A stretch of DNA of 59,305 nt, filler included, from 5 parts of 5 records of this genome joined end to end with filler, not necessarily neighbours in it, one strand, 5' to 3'. Positions 1 to 9,908 are shown, counted from the first letter of the whole stretch. The notes: generated from the letters alone by a model not told the origin. Numbers and translations are program-made.

Positions 1-189
1 CGGGGGCATATCCGGGTGCCGGATCAGGTTATGGGCCTGGCCAATCAGTTCGTCCCGGCTGTAACCGCTGATGGTGACGAAGTCATCATCACAGTAAGTA
101 ATCACCCCCTTGAGAGTGGTCGTACTGATCAACCGCATTCCTTCAGGGATGTGGATCTCGCGCTGAGTGACAGGCAGGTTCTTGCGCAT
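1..189 (-). CDS. aer: Aerotaxis receptor / PAS-domain methyl-accepting chemotaxis protein, N-terminus (runs off window)
   Basis: Not in ORF track. Manual translation from ATG at 189 gives MRKNLPVTQREIHIPEGMRLISTTTLKGVITYCDDDFVTISGYSRDELIGQAHNLIRHPDMPP, the typical Aer PAS start (MR.N.PVT, HN..RHPDMP). Confidence 0.85.
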   Translation of the reverse strand, partial: MRKNLPVTQREIHIPEGMRLISTTTLKGVITYCDDDFVTISGYSRDELIGQAHNLIRHPDMPP

Positions 190-336
190 GGGGAACTGTT
201 CGTCCGTTGGCTCGATAAAATTTAACGGCGACAGCTTAGTTATAGATATATATCAATGAAATAGCGAATGGGTTACGCCGTGCCCTATTCGTGTAACGAC
301 AACAGGCCACGACGCTTTAGAAAATATTCAGGGAAC

Positions 337-1221
337 TCAGGAGGATGCAACCAGCTTTGCCCTGGGATGATAGCGAGCATTCACCCACAGAGAGAATCCG
401 ATCACCACACCACCAACGGCCAGGCGCAGCAGATCTGCATCACGATTCCAGATCAGCAGATTGACCAGCAAGCCAGCCGGTACCAGGGCATTGTTCATCA
501 CCGCCAGGGTGCCTGCATCGACCTTGCAGGCACCGCGATTCCACAGGTACAGCCCCAAACCGGACGCCGCCAGGCCCAGCCAGCCAAGAATGCCCCACTG
601 CAACGGTGTTGACGGCAACTTGTCCGGGTTACCAAAAATCAGGAACGAGGGTAGCGCGATAACCAGTGCGCCCATGAAGAAGTAACCGAAAGTGCGATAC
701 CCAGGCAGCGCCAGAGGGTAACGTTGCATCACGTGCTTGTAGCCAACCTGGCCGGCAGCGAAGGTAAAGTTGGCCACCTGCAGCAGCAGGAACCCGGTGA
801 TGAAATCCTCACTGAGGCCATCGTACCGGATGATGCCGGCACCGAGTGTGGCAATGGCCGCAGCCAGCAACGCCACCGGTGAAAACCGGCGGGCCAGGGC
901 ATCATCCACCAGAGTCACGTACAGAGGCGTAAAAATGGTGAACAGCAGAACTTCCGGTACCGTCAGGTAACTGAACGAGCGATACAGGCACAGATAGGTG
1001 ATGCCGAACTGCAGCATACCAGTCACCAGGATGCCCAGCTTCATACCGGAGGGAACACCCCGCCAGCGGGTAAACGGCAGGAACACCAGGGCTGCCAGCA
1101 AGACCCGGCTCAACACCGCGAAGTCGCTGTCTACACGGCCAGCCAGGAACTCGCCGATCAGACTGAACGAAAAGGCCCAGAGTACGGTTACCAGAACCAG
1201 TAAGACCATCGATTGCACCAC
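337..1221 (-). CDS. EamA/DMT family transporter (YigM/BioP-like)
   Basis: 294 aa, about 10 hydrophobic helices, LWAFSFSLIGEFLAG N-terminus typical of the YigM-like DMT subfamily. Confidence 0.85.
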   Translation of the reverse strand: MVQSMVLLVLVTVLWAFSFSLIGEFLAGRVDSDFAVLSRVLLAALVFLPFTRWRGVPSGMKLGILVTGMLQFGITYLCLYRSFSYLTVPEVLLFTIFTPLYVTLVDDALARRFSPVALLAAAIATLGAGIIRYDGLSEDFITGFLLLQVANFTFAAGQVGYKHVMQRYPLALPGYRTFGYFFMGALVIALPSFLIFGNPDKLPSTPLQWGILGWLGLAASGLGLYLWNRGACKVDAGTLAVMNNALVPAGLLVNLLIWNRDADLLRLAVGGVVIGFSLWVNARYHPRAKLVASS

Positions 1222-1377
1222 CCTTGTTGTATGCCGGGCGCCTACTTTACTGCTTTACGGTGGGTTTTGCAGCGGCGGCAGACGGGGAAACCCCTATAAG
1301 CACGAGCCTGCAGGCTGAGGTATCATGGCCGGTCCTGTACCAGTGCCACGCTACAATTCCGGAAAGACCAGAGCGCC

Positions 1378-2814
1378 ATGGACGAAACCCATCAGCCACT
1401 ACCCGAAGCCCGCCAGCCGCTGATTCAGCGCACGCTCGCCGAATGGAAAACACTGGCCATTCTGGGCGGCCCGATTCTGATTGCCCAGGTGGCACAGATG
1501 GCCAATGGTGTGATCGATACCGTGATGGCTGGCCACGCCAGTGCCGAAGACCTCGCGGCCGTGGGTATCGGCAGCAGCCTGTGGATGCCGCTTTTCCTGT
1601 TTTTCATGGGCATGCTCGGCGCCTTGCAACCGATCATTTCCGGCTACAACGGCGCTCGGACAACCCATAAGATCATGCCCGCAACCTGGCAGGGCATCTA
1701 CATTGCGGCGGGCGGCACCGTAGTGATGGCGCTGTTGCTGACCAATGTCCATCCCGTCCTGGCCCTGCTGAGACTCGACCCGCACACCGCCGGCATCACC
1801 CAGGGTTATCTGGACGCATTCGCCTGGGGCATTCCCGCGCTGCTGCTGATCAACGCTCTTCGGGGTCTGACCGACGGCCTGGGACATACCCGGGTGATCA
1901 TGGCATTTTCCGTGCTTAGCACGCTGATCAACCTGCCCCTGAACTACATCTTCATTTACGGCAAACTCGGGCTGCCCGCCATGGGCGGTGTCGGCTGTGG
2001 CTGGGCCACATCCATCTCCAACGGTGTCGCCGCCATCGCAATGCTGATCTATCTGAACCGCAGCGAGACCTTCCGTCAGTTCCATCTGGTTGCCGATTGG
2101 GTAAAACCGGACTGGGCAGGCATTCGGTACATCCTGCGCATTGGCGTCCCCATCGGCTTCACCATCTTCGTGGAAGCGAGCATGTTTGCCGTGATCGCCT
2201 TGTTTCTGGCACCGCTGGGCCCAGTGGTGGTAGCCGGCCATCAGATCGCCCTGAACGTAACCTCGCTGCTGTTCATGCTTCCTCTCAGCCTGGGTATGGC
2301 ACTGACTCTGAGGGTAAGCTTTCTGACCGGAGCTAACGCCCGGGACTCCGCAACACTGATTTCACGCAGCTCGCTGATTCTGGCCTCGGCCATCGCCCTA
2401 CTGTTTGCCACCCTGCTGTTCGTGTTCTCCGGCGCGATTGCCAGCCTATATTCGGGCGATGCCGAGGTTCAGGCGGTCACCATTCGGCTGCTCACCTTCG
2501 CCGCCATGTTCCAGATTGCCGATGTTATCCAGGTAACCTGTATCAGCGCCCTGCGCGGCTACAAGGACACGCGCATTCCCATGTTCATCATGCTGTTTTC
2601 ATTCTGGGGAGTGGGCCTGCCGCTGGGGTATGTGCTGACATTTACCGACTGGGTATGGCCGGCGCTGGGCGCTGCGGGTTTCTGGGTAGGACTGACGGCC
2701 GGGCTGACCTCCGCCAGCCTGTTACTCGGCTGGCGCCTGTTTCATTACCAGCCTACACCCGTTGATGAAGACGCTCAGCCTGCAGCCGTGGGAACAGGCT
2801 CTGGCATGGGCTGA
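1378..2814 (+). CDS. norM: MATE family efflux transporter (NorM-like)
   Basis: 478 aa; PILIAQVAQMANGVIDTVMAG and LRGYKDTR motifs; 12-TM pattern. Confidence 0.9.
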   Translation: MDETHQPLPEARQPLIQRTLAEWKTLAILGGPILIAQVAQMANGVIDTVMAGHASAEDLAAVGIGSSLWMPLFLFFMGMLGALQPIISGYNGARTTHKIMPATWQGIYIAAGGTVVMALLLTNVHPVLALLRLDPHTAGITQGYLDAFAWGIPALLLINALRGLTDGLGHTRVIMAFSVLSTLINLPLNYIFIYGKLGLPAMGGVGCGWATSISNGVAAIAMLIYLNRSETFRQFHLVADWVKPDWAGIRYILRIGVPIGFTIFVEASMFAVIALFLAPLGPVVVAGHQIALNVTSLLFMLPLSLGMALTLRVSFLTGANARDSATLISRSSLILASAIALLFATLLFVFSGAIASLYSGDAEVQAVTIRLLTFAAMFQIADVIQVTCISALRGYKDTRIPMFIMLFSFWGVGLPLGYVLTFTDWVWPALGAAGFWVGLTAGLTSASLLLGWRLFHYQPTPVDEDAQPAAVGTGSGMG

Positions 2815-3794
2815 CCAATATCCTCGGCATAGACAATCCGGTCGCGCCCGGTTTCCTTGGCGGTGTACAGCGCGTTATCAGCCCGGGCCAGCCAGCTTTC
2901 CACACTTTCACCATGGCCCAGCAGGGCCACGCCAAATGACGCGGTTACCGGCCCGCCGGGGTGTTTCATGTATTTTCGGAGTACCTGCTGAAGATTGTTC
3001 ATCACCGCACGCAGATTTACGCCATCAACGCCTGGTAGCAGTAATACAAACTCCTCACCGCCATATCGGAACAGCTGATCGGAACGGCGGGTATTGCTCT
3101 CCAGCAGGGCCACCAGCTCGGTGAGCACTTCGTCGCCCACGCCATGGCCATATTCGTCATTGATCTTCTTGAAGTGATCAAGGTCCAGCAACACCAGAGC
3201 ATAGGGCAAGCCGGAACGCTCGGCATTGGCAGCGGCCACATCCAGCTCTTCATCCATGGAACGGCGGTTCTTTACGCCGGTCAGCGGGTCAATGGTGGCC
3301 AGTTGCTCCAGGCGCCTGCGCTGGCTGTGGTTGCGATGAGCAAAGACATAGGCGCAGGCACTGACCACAACGGCGGTCGAAGAAAACGACCACATCTGCT
3401 CCTGGCTACTGAATGCCAGCCCCACCACCATCATCGCCAGGATAGCAGACAGGTTGATACCCACGGCGATTCTCGGACCAACCAGGAAGAAAGAAGTGAC
3501 CAGGCAGGGGTACAACCAGAATAGCCCCGGATCACCCACGATGCTGCCCACTACCACAGCACCGTAGGATGAAATAATTGCCATGACCAGGCCCGTCCTG
3601 CGGGTATCTCCCGTTAACCAGGCATAAGCCATACTCGTCGCAATGCCGCCCAGAATCGTACTATCCACCACGCCAGCCAGCAGATTACCCTGCATGAACC
3701 GCAGCACCGCAAACGGCGTAATGCCCACCAGCCCGCTGATGCCCAGCAAGGTAATGATGGATAACCGAAAATCGTTTTTCAGGCGGTGAAACAT
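2775..3794 (-). CDS. Membrane-anchored diguanylate cyclase
   Basis: N-terminal TM helices; DPLTG..NRR, DLDHFK.IND.YGH..GD and RYGGEEF motifs; RSD (RxxD) I-site upstream of GGEEF. Confidence 0.92.
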   Translation of the reverse strand: MFHRLKNDFRLSIITLLGISGLVGITPFAVLRFMQGNLLAGVVDSTILGGIATSMAYAWLTGDTRRTGLVMAIISSYGAVVVGSIVGDPGLFWLYPCLVTSFFLVGPRIAVGINLSAILAMMVVGLAFSSQEQMWSFSSTAVVVSACAYVFAHRNHSQRRRLEQLATIDPLTGVKNRRSMDEELDVAAANAERSGLPYALVLLDLDHFKKINDEYGHGVGDEVLTELVALLESNTRRSDQLFRYGGEEFVLLLPGVDGVNLRAVMNNLQQVLRKYMKHPGGPVTASFGVALLGHGESVESWLARADNALYTAKETGRDRIVYAEDIGQPMPEPVPTAAG

Positions 3795-4043
3795 GCAGCT
3801 CAGAGTCCGACAAAAGTCTGATTTAGGATTCTAGAATAGCCCAAGCTTTTCAAACGGTCGTTCCAGGGCAACGATTCTTAACAAATCTACCACCAAAGGC
3901 GACACAATGTGACCCGCATCACGCTTTGCTTTTCTCTAATATTCCAATGTAATCCACTTTATAATCGACCAGGCAACGATCATTAGCTTCAAACCTATTG
4001 GCCAGTCATACTATCGCGCACCGGCTGCAGATTCAGGAACATT

Positions 4044-5171
4044 GTGTCTAACTCACTGATAAGAATAGCCCCCGGGGCACTCACCATAGGCAAGCCACTG
4101 CCCTGGGATGTTTTCGACTCAGAAGGCAATATTCTTCTGCGTCAGGGCTATGTGATTCAGACCAACAGCCAGCTCGAGCAGCTGTTTGAAAGAGGGCGCT
4201 TCAAGCCCCGAAAGATCGAGCGGCCGAAAGAGGAAACCTTTGAAGACCTGCGCCAGCGGAATCCGTTTGCAGAATATGGTGACTTGCTGACCACGCTGGA
4301 AGTCACACTCAACGCCATTACCTCGGAAGATCCCACCGCCCAGAAACGCCTGCTGGGTCTGTGCCGAATGCTGGATAAAACCTGCCAGGAGGCACCCGAC
4401 GCCACCCTGGCACTGGTGCACCTGTATTCCATCAGCCCCACTATCCATGAACAGATCCTGTTCTACGGCATCCTGTGCCATTTTATCGCACGCCAGTTCG
4501 GGCTGGAGGAAAAGCGGGCCACCGTGCTCACCGCCGCCGCGCTCACCGCCAACCTCGCGCTGGTGCCTGTGGCAGACCAACTCAACGCCTCCAACAAGGT
4601 GCTCACGGACGACCAGCGCGCGGTGATTCGCAAGCACCCCCTGCGCAGTATCGACGCACTGAAGTCTGCCGGCATCAGCAACAAGCTGCTGCTCCGGATT
4701 ATTGCCCAGCACCACGAACAGGCGGATGGTTCAGGTTATCCCAACGGCCTCAGTGGTGGGGAAATTCTGCCGGAAGCGGAGATTCTGGCACTATCCGAGC
4801 GCTATGTGGCCATGATTACCAAACGGGCCTACCGAAACCGGATGAACATCACCGAGGCCCGCAAACTCATCGCCACCCTGGCAGATGGCAAGTTCCGGCC
4901 GGCGATTCCACGCTCATTGCTGCAGATTCTTGGCAATCATCCCCCGGGCATGCTGGTCCGGCTGGTCAACAACGAGGTTGGTGTGGTCACCCGCCGGGCG
5001 GATCGTACCCGGGGACCTTTCGTGAAGGCGATATTCGGCCCCCGAGGCAATCGCTACAGCGGCACCTTTGAGCGCGATACCAGCCTGCTGGAATACAATG
5101 TGCGCGCGCCGGAAGAGCCCGAGATCATGCCATCCATGGATTTCAGCATGCTCTGGGGCTTCCGCTCCTGA
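4044..5171 (+). CDS. HD-GYP domain protein, apparently degenerate
   Basis: HHEQADGSGYP motif present; the expected AALLHD.GK segment reads AALTANLAL (no HD). Confidence 0.8.
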   Translation: MSNSLIRIAPGALTIGKPLPWDVFDSEGNILLRQGYVIQTNSQLEQLFERGRFKPRKIERPKEETFEDLRQRNPFAEYGDLLTTLEVTLNAITSEDPTAQKRLLGLCRMLDKTCQEAPDATLALVHLYSISPTIHEQILFYGILCHFIARQFGLEEKRATVLTAAALTANLALVPVADQLNASNKVLTDDQRAVIRKHPLRSIDALKSAGISNKLLLRIIAQHHEQADGSGYPNGLSGGEILPEAEILALSERYVAMITKRAYRNRMNITEARKLIATLADGKFRPAIPRSLLQILGNHPPGMLVRLVNNEVGVVTRRADRTRGPFVKAIFGPRGNRYSGTFERDTSLLEYNVRAPEEPEIMPSMDFSMLWGFRS

Positions 5172-5316
5172 GATTTTACAAATTGTTCGTTAAGTCTCGG
5201 TTTCACCGCAAGTAGTCAAATATCACATTGCTGGTAATTGACGACAACCTACACAGAAGCAATACTCCCAATGCGCTCACGGAATAGGAGCGGGTTTTCG
5301 CACCTGAAGCCAGAAA

Positions 5317-5330
5317 TTACATGGAGGTAA
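5317..5330 (+). promoter_or_regulatory. Candidate CsrA/RsmA-binding hairpin overlapping the Shine-Dalgarno sequence
   Basis: TTAC-ATGGAG-GTAA stem-loop with ANGGA in the loop, 2 nt before ATG 5333; more GGA motifs at about 5279-5290. Confidence 0.45.
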
Positions 5331-5332
5331 AA

Positions 5333-6238
5333 ATGAACAACCGCCTTATATCTCAGCCCCAATCCATAGCTCTTCGAAACCACGCTAATACCAGTCGATT
5401 ACAACAACAGCTCGTTCACGAATTTGGATCGAACAAGGTCGATATCTATGTGCTCACTGCATCAGAATTGACACGCCTCTGGCTGAGCACGAATTCAGCC
5501 CCTTCAGCGCGCAGCATGGATTTCTTGTCGAAAACTTATTCGGAGTTAGTTGGAGCATCACCAGATGCAGTGATCAACTATACCTCAGCAGTAGCCGACT
5601 CTGTCGTTTTAGCCAAATTAGGCGAAGAAATGAGACGGTCTGGCAACATCCTTGGTAGCTACAAAGTGGTTCAACGAAATGGCCGGAGCCTTATCATCTT
5701 TAGCGGCTATGCTGGACTTAGGCGCACCCTCACTGCCCCAGTATACGGTGTAGGTCATCCTAAAGTTATTCAAATGGGAATAGGAAGGTCGGCAGCACAA
5801 GCGACTCTGAAAAGTGGCGTTATTATAACTTTAATTGTCAGCCCTATCGTTCGCACCATTGAGTGGTTGTTCATTGACGAAAAAGCAACCTTGGAGCTAG
5901 TCCTCGCACGCATATCATCCGATGTCATCAAAGGTGTTGTCGCTGCAGGGGCAGGCTACGCATCCTCGCTGTTTCTAGCGACCATCTCCGGGGTGAGCGT
6001 CATCGCTGTCGCTCCATTGGCCGGAGGGATAGGGATCGCACTCTTGGTTGGGTTTGGACTAAATTCTCTTGATTCCCGTCTTGGACTCACTGAAAGGTTG
6101 GCAGCGAGTCTCGCGAAAGCCCAAGACAACTGGTTGGGCGCGACGAGAGAAGTTCGTCGGGATTTTAATCATTTCTTTTTTACAACTGAGGGAGCACTTG
6201 AATTGATTAATCGTTTTACAGGCGGCCATCAATGGTAA
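5333..6238 (+). CDS. Putative Tme-family membrane-disrupting T6SS effector
   Basis: IIFSGYAGLRRTLTAPVYG..HPKVIQMGIG motif followed by Gly/Ala-rich hydrophobic helices; visibly more AT-rich than flanks; directly upstream of a DUF1240-like gene. Start placed at ATG 5333 from the GGAGG spacing (ORF track starts at 5321). Confidence 0.65.
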   Translation: MNNRLISQPQSIALRNHANTSRLQQQLVHEFGSNKVDIYVLTASELTRLWLSTNSAPSARSMDFLSKTYSELVGASPDAVINYTSAVADSVVLAKLGEEMRRSGNILGSYKVVQRNGRSLIIFSGYAGLRRTLTAPVYGVGHPKVIQMGIGRSAAQATLKSGVIITLIVSPIVRTIEWLFIDEKATLELVLARISSDVIKGVVAAGAGYASSLFLATISGVSVIAVAPLAGGIGIALLVGFGLNSLDSRLGLTERLAASLAKAQDNWLGATREVRRDFNHFFFTTEGALELINRFTGGHQW

Positions 6239-6274
6239 CGAAAACGTGCCGCATATTAAGGAAGTGACTACGCT

Positions 6275-6853
6275 ATGAACAAGTCACAGCAGCATCCCAT
6301 CGATCGGAAGGTTATGTTTCTTGGTGGTTCATTTTTAGTTGGACTCACTGCTGCCCTGAGTATTTTGGGAATATGGGGCCTAATTGAGGTTCATCGGCAA
6401 TATGCTGACTGGTTAGATGGAAATGCGACAGTTCTAATTGAAGATACGGGCACAGCAATCTTCTACGGAAGTCCCCCCTTATTGCTCGCATTGTTCCTGT
6501 TTGGTCTTTACGGCATTTTTATTGGCGTGGCTGGCAGGCGCTGCGAAATGTTCGATCAACACATCTTGAAGCCGCTCAATGTTCTGATGCTACTCGGTCT
6601 GTTGAGCCTTTTTGCAGGACATCATCTTGGAAATAGTCTCTGGGCCACCAGCTTTGAGGCAAAAGGATACACCCGATGCCAAGAAGACTTTGTGCTCACG
6701 GGAAAGTGGGCGACAAGTGTATGGGCAAAAACTCCAAGAATCTGCCTTGACGTGAATTTAAGAAACAAATTGCGTGACCCGGCATTTCCGGTCTTTGATA
6801 TAAATGACCATTACGACGCAGCTTCCGAGAACCACCTTCTTTCTTCAGATTAA
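6275..6853 (+). CDS. DUF1240-like membrane protein, putative immunity protein (Tmi-like)
   Basis: Three TM helices then KGYTRC...W..TPRIC two-Cys signature resembling the DUF1240 C-terminus. Confidence 0.6.
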   Translation: MNKSQQHPIDRKVMFLGGSFLVGLTAALSILGIWGLIEVHRQYADWLDGNATVLIEDTGTAIFYGSPPLLLALFLFGLYGIFIGVAGRRCEMFDQHILKPLNVLMLLGLLSLFAGHHLGNSLWATSFEAKGYTRCQEDFVLTGKWATSVWAKTPRICLDVNLRNKLRDPAFPVFDINDHYDAASENHLLSSD

Positions 6854-6949
6854 CACCCTTCGCTTTCATCCATTAATGCAATGTGGTTCCCAAGCCATTC
6901 AGGTCATTAACCTGCAATACCGATTGAGACGGTGACTAAAAAACGTTGA

Positions 6950-7795
6950 TCAAGCCAGCCCCAGTGCCCGGGCATGATGGTTCAGGTGGTCATCAATAAA
7001 CGAGGCGATAAAGAAGTAGCTGTGGTCATAGCCCCGATGCATACGCAAGTTCAGGTGATGGTGGAATTTCTCGCACACATCGGCCAAGGCATCCGGGTTC
7101 AGCTGGCTGTCCAGAAACTCATCGGCCGTACCCTGGTCCACCAGTAGCGGCAACCGTTCCTTCGCGGTCGGAATCAGCATGGTGGCATCCCAGGCTTCCC
7201 ACGCCGACTGATCGTCACCCAGGTATCCGGTAAACGCTTTCTGGCCCCAGGGGCAGGCCATGGGGTTGGCAATTGGTGCAAAGGCCGATACCGATTTGTA
7301 ATACCCCGGGTTCTTCAAAGCCGCAATCAGAGCCCCGTGCCCACCCATGGAATGGCCACTGACCGAGCGTTCGCCGTTCAACGGCAGCTCGTTTTCCACC
7401 AGTTGCGGCAGCTCCTTGACCACATAATCGTACATCCGATAGTGCGGCGCCCAGGGCTGCTGGGTAGCGTTGACATAGAAACCGGCTCCGGAGCCGAAAT
7501 CATAGCTGTCATCCTCGCCAGGCAGGTTCACGCCCCGCGGGCTGGTATCCGGGCAGACAATGGCCAGGCCCAGCTTTGCCGCCAGTTTCTGGGCACCGGC
7601 TTTTTGCATGAAATTCTGGTCGGTACAGGTGAGGCCAGACAACCAGTACAGCACTGGCACATCTTTCGCCTTAGCGCCCAGGGCCACAGGAGGAAGAAAC
7701 ACCGCAAACTCCATGTCGCACTCCAGGGTAGCGGAGGTATGGCGATAGCGGCGGTGTTCGCCGTCGAAACAGACGTTGGTGGATAACAGGTCCAT
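6950..7795 (-). CDS. fghA: S-formylglutathione hydrolase
   Basis: LYWLSGLTC, GHSMGGHGAL nucleophile elbow, GYDHSYFFI. Confidence 0.95.
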   Translation of the reverse strand: MDLLSTNVCFDGEHRRYRHTSATLECDMEFAVFLPPVALGAKAKDVPVLYWLSGLTCTDQNFMQKAGAQKLAAKLGLAIVCPDTSPRGVNLPGEDDSYDFGSGAGFYVNATQQPWAPHYRMYDYVVKELPQLVENELPLNGERSVSGHSMGGHGALIAALKNPGYYKSVSAFAPIANPMACPWGQKAFTGYLGDDQSAWEAWDATMLIPTAKERLPLLVDQGTADEFLDSQLNPDALADVCEKFHHHLNLRMHRGYDHSYFFIASFIDDHLNHHARALGLA

Positions 7796-7828
7796 AGCTT
7801 CCCCAGGAGTTACAGGTATGGTTGGTAA

Positions 7829-8260
7829 TCAGTCTTCAGCACCGGCATAGCTGGGCTTGTCGATACTGAAACCGGACTTGGCAAATTCCGCCAGAATGGC
7901 AGTACGGGTTACGATACCAACCAGTTTGCCATGATCAACCACCGGGTACACTTTCGGCTTACCGGCCCCCAAATTCTGGGCCAGATCCACTACCGACATG
8001 TCCGGCGATACCGTCATCGGCTGCCGGAACATCACGTCATCCACAATGGGGTCACCCTCATGGTGGTAGTTGCTGACCAGCAGCGAGTGAATACAGTCCT
8101 GTTCCGAGACAAAGCCCAGCACACGGCGATGGTCATCCACCACCGGCAGGCCGGTGACGTGATTGGCCAGCAGGGCTTTTACCACCTTGGTGACCGGCGT
8201 GCCACAGCGTATCGGCTCAATATGGTTCCACATCACTTCGGATATTTTCAATGAACGCAT
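7829..8260 (-). CDS. CBS domain protein
   Basis: Tandem CBS repeats (GLPVVD..LGFVSEQD; YPVVD.GKLVGIVTR); start at MRSLK (8260) follows an AGGGAG SD. Confidence 0.85.
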   Translation of the reverse strand: MRSLKISEVMWNHIEPIRCGTPVTKVVKALLANHVTGLPVVDDHRRVLGFVSEQDCIHSLLVSNYHHEGDPIVDDVMFRQPMTVSPDMSVVDLAQNLGAGKPKVYPVVDHGKLVGIVTRTAILAEFAKSGFSIDKPSYAGAED

Positions 8261-8458
8261 CGACAACTCCCTCGCAGACAGAATGACAGTGCCCGATTGG
8301 GCATTTCCATACCCTAAACATAGGCAAAGCACGCAGAAATGAAAAACCGGCGTTATGAAAACGGTTTACATCGGATAATTGTCGACTAAACTCAATGGGT
8401 TATGCCCTTTCAGGGCTCAATAATCCTGATTCATCCGTGGTAAACAGTGGGAGAACCC

Positions 8459-9820
8459 ATGGAAGCCATTTCCAATTTTGTAAGTGAAATCAACGGACTG
8501 GTATGGGGCCCTCCCATGCTGGTGATGATTCTGGGCGTCGGCCTGTTTCTGAGTATTGGCCTGAAATTGATGCCGATCATGAAACTGGGGGCCGGTTTCC
8601 GCCTGATGTGGAGCGGCCGGGCCCGCGGCGACGAGGAAGACGGCGATATTCCCCCGTTCCAGGCCCTGATGACCGCGCTCTCTGCCACCGTGGGTACCGG
8701 TAATATTGCCGGTGTCGCCACGGCGGTCTTCCTGGGCGGCCCCGGTGCGCTGTTCTGGATGTGGCTCACAGCCCTGGTGGGCATGGCCACCAAATACTCC
8801 GAGGCGGTGCTGGCGGTTCGTTTCCGTGAAGTGGACGAGCGCGGCAACCACGTTGGCGGCCCCATGTACTACATCCGTAACGGGCTGGGCAGTAAATGGG
8901 CCTGGCTGGGCATTCTGTTTGCGGTGTTTGCGTCGGTCGCCGCCTTCGGCATCGGCAACACGGTCCAGGCCAACTCCGTCGCCGATGTACTGGAAACCAA
9001 TTTCGGCCTGCCCCACTGGGTAACCGGGGTCATTCTGATGGTGCTGGTGGGCATGGTGCTGATTGGCGGCATCAAGCGTATCGGTCAGGTGGCCAGCGCA
9101 CTGGTGCCGTTCATGGCCGTGTCTTACGTGCTGATTGGCCTGATTGTGCTGGCCATTAACGCCAACCAGATTCCGGAAGCGGTGAGCATGGTGTTCAGCT
9201 ATGCCTTCAGCCCGGCCGCGGCCGAGGGCGGGTTTGCCGGTGCTGCGGTCTGGGCTGCCATCCGCTTTGGTGTCGCCCGGGGTATCTTCTCCAACGAAGC
9301 AGGCTTGGGCTCTGCCCCCATCGCCCACGCGGCAGCGCAAACCAAGAACCCGGTCAAGCAGGGCATGGTGGCCATGCTGGGCACCTTCATCGACACCATT
9401 ATCGTGTGTTCCATCACCGGCTTGGTGATCATCACCTCCGGTGCCTGGACGTCGGGCGAAACCGGTGCCGCACTCACGTCCCTGGCCTTTGAAACCGGCC
9501 TGCCGGGCTTTGGTAACTACGTGGTGGCGATTGCCCTGGCGATCTTCGCGTTCACCACCATCATTGGCTGGTCTTTCTACGGCGAGCGCTGTATTGAATT
9601 CCTGTTCGGTGTGAAGGCCATTCTGCCTTACCGGGTACTGTGGATTGTGGCCATTCCGGTGGGCGCCACCATCAACCTGGGCTTTATCTGGCTGGTGGCC
9701 GATACCCTGAACGCCATGATGGCACTGCCCAACCTGATCGCCCTGCTGCTGTTGAGCCCGGTAGTGTTCAAACTGACCCGGGAGCACTTCGACAAGCAGA
9801 AGGCTCTGGGCGTGGAGTAA
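8459..9820 (+). CDS. Alanine/glycine:cation symporter (AGCS family)
   Basis: ATVGTGNIAGVA, GGPGALFWMW and RGIFSNEAGLGSAPIAHA motifs. Confidence 0.93.
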   Translation: MEAISNFVSEINGLVWGPPMLVMILGVGLFLSIGLKLMPIMKLGAGFRLMWSGRARGDEEDGDIPPFQALMTALSATVGTGNIAGVATAVFLGGPGALFWMWLTALVGMATKYSEAVLAVRFREVDERGNHVGGPMYYIRNGLGSKWAWLGILFAVFASVAAFGIGNTVQANSVADVLETNFGLPHWVTGVILMVLVGMVLIGGIKRIGQVASALVPFMAVSYVLIGLIVLAINANQIPEAVSMVFSYAFSPAAAEGGFAGAAVWAAIRFGVARGIFSNEAGLGSAPIAHAAAQTKNPVKQGMVAMLGTFIDTIIVCSITGLVIITSGAWTSGETGAALTSLAFETGLPGFGNYVVAIALAIFAFTTIIGWSFYGERCIEFLFGVKAILPYRVLWIVAIPVGATINLGFIWLVADTLNAMMALPNLIALLLLSPVVFKLTREHFDKQKALGVE

Positions 9821-9862
9821 TACCCTGTCTATGCAAGACGCTCACAAGGATGTGAGCGAACC

Positions 9863-9908
9863 GTTGGATGCGCCAGATCAAGTCCCCCTTGTAACTGGCG
9901 CATCCAAC
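9863..9908. repeat. 14-bp perfect inverted repeat (hairpin) between AGCS and peroxiredoxin genes
   Basis: GTTGGATGCGCCAG (9863-9876) and CTGGCGCATCCAAC (9895-9908). Confidence 0.7.

Noticed and set aside
2775-2814. 40-nt convergent overlap of MATE and GGDEF 3' ends
   Set aside because: Short tail-to-tail overlap of low-complexity termini; common and uninformative.
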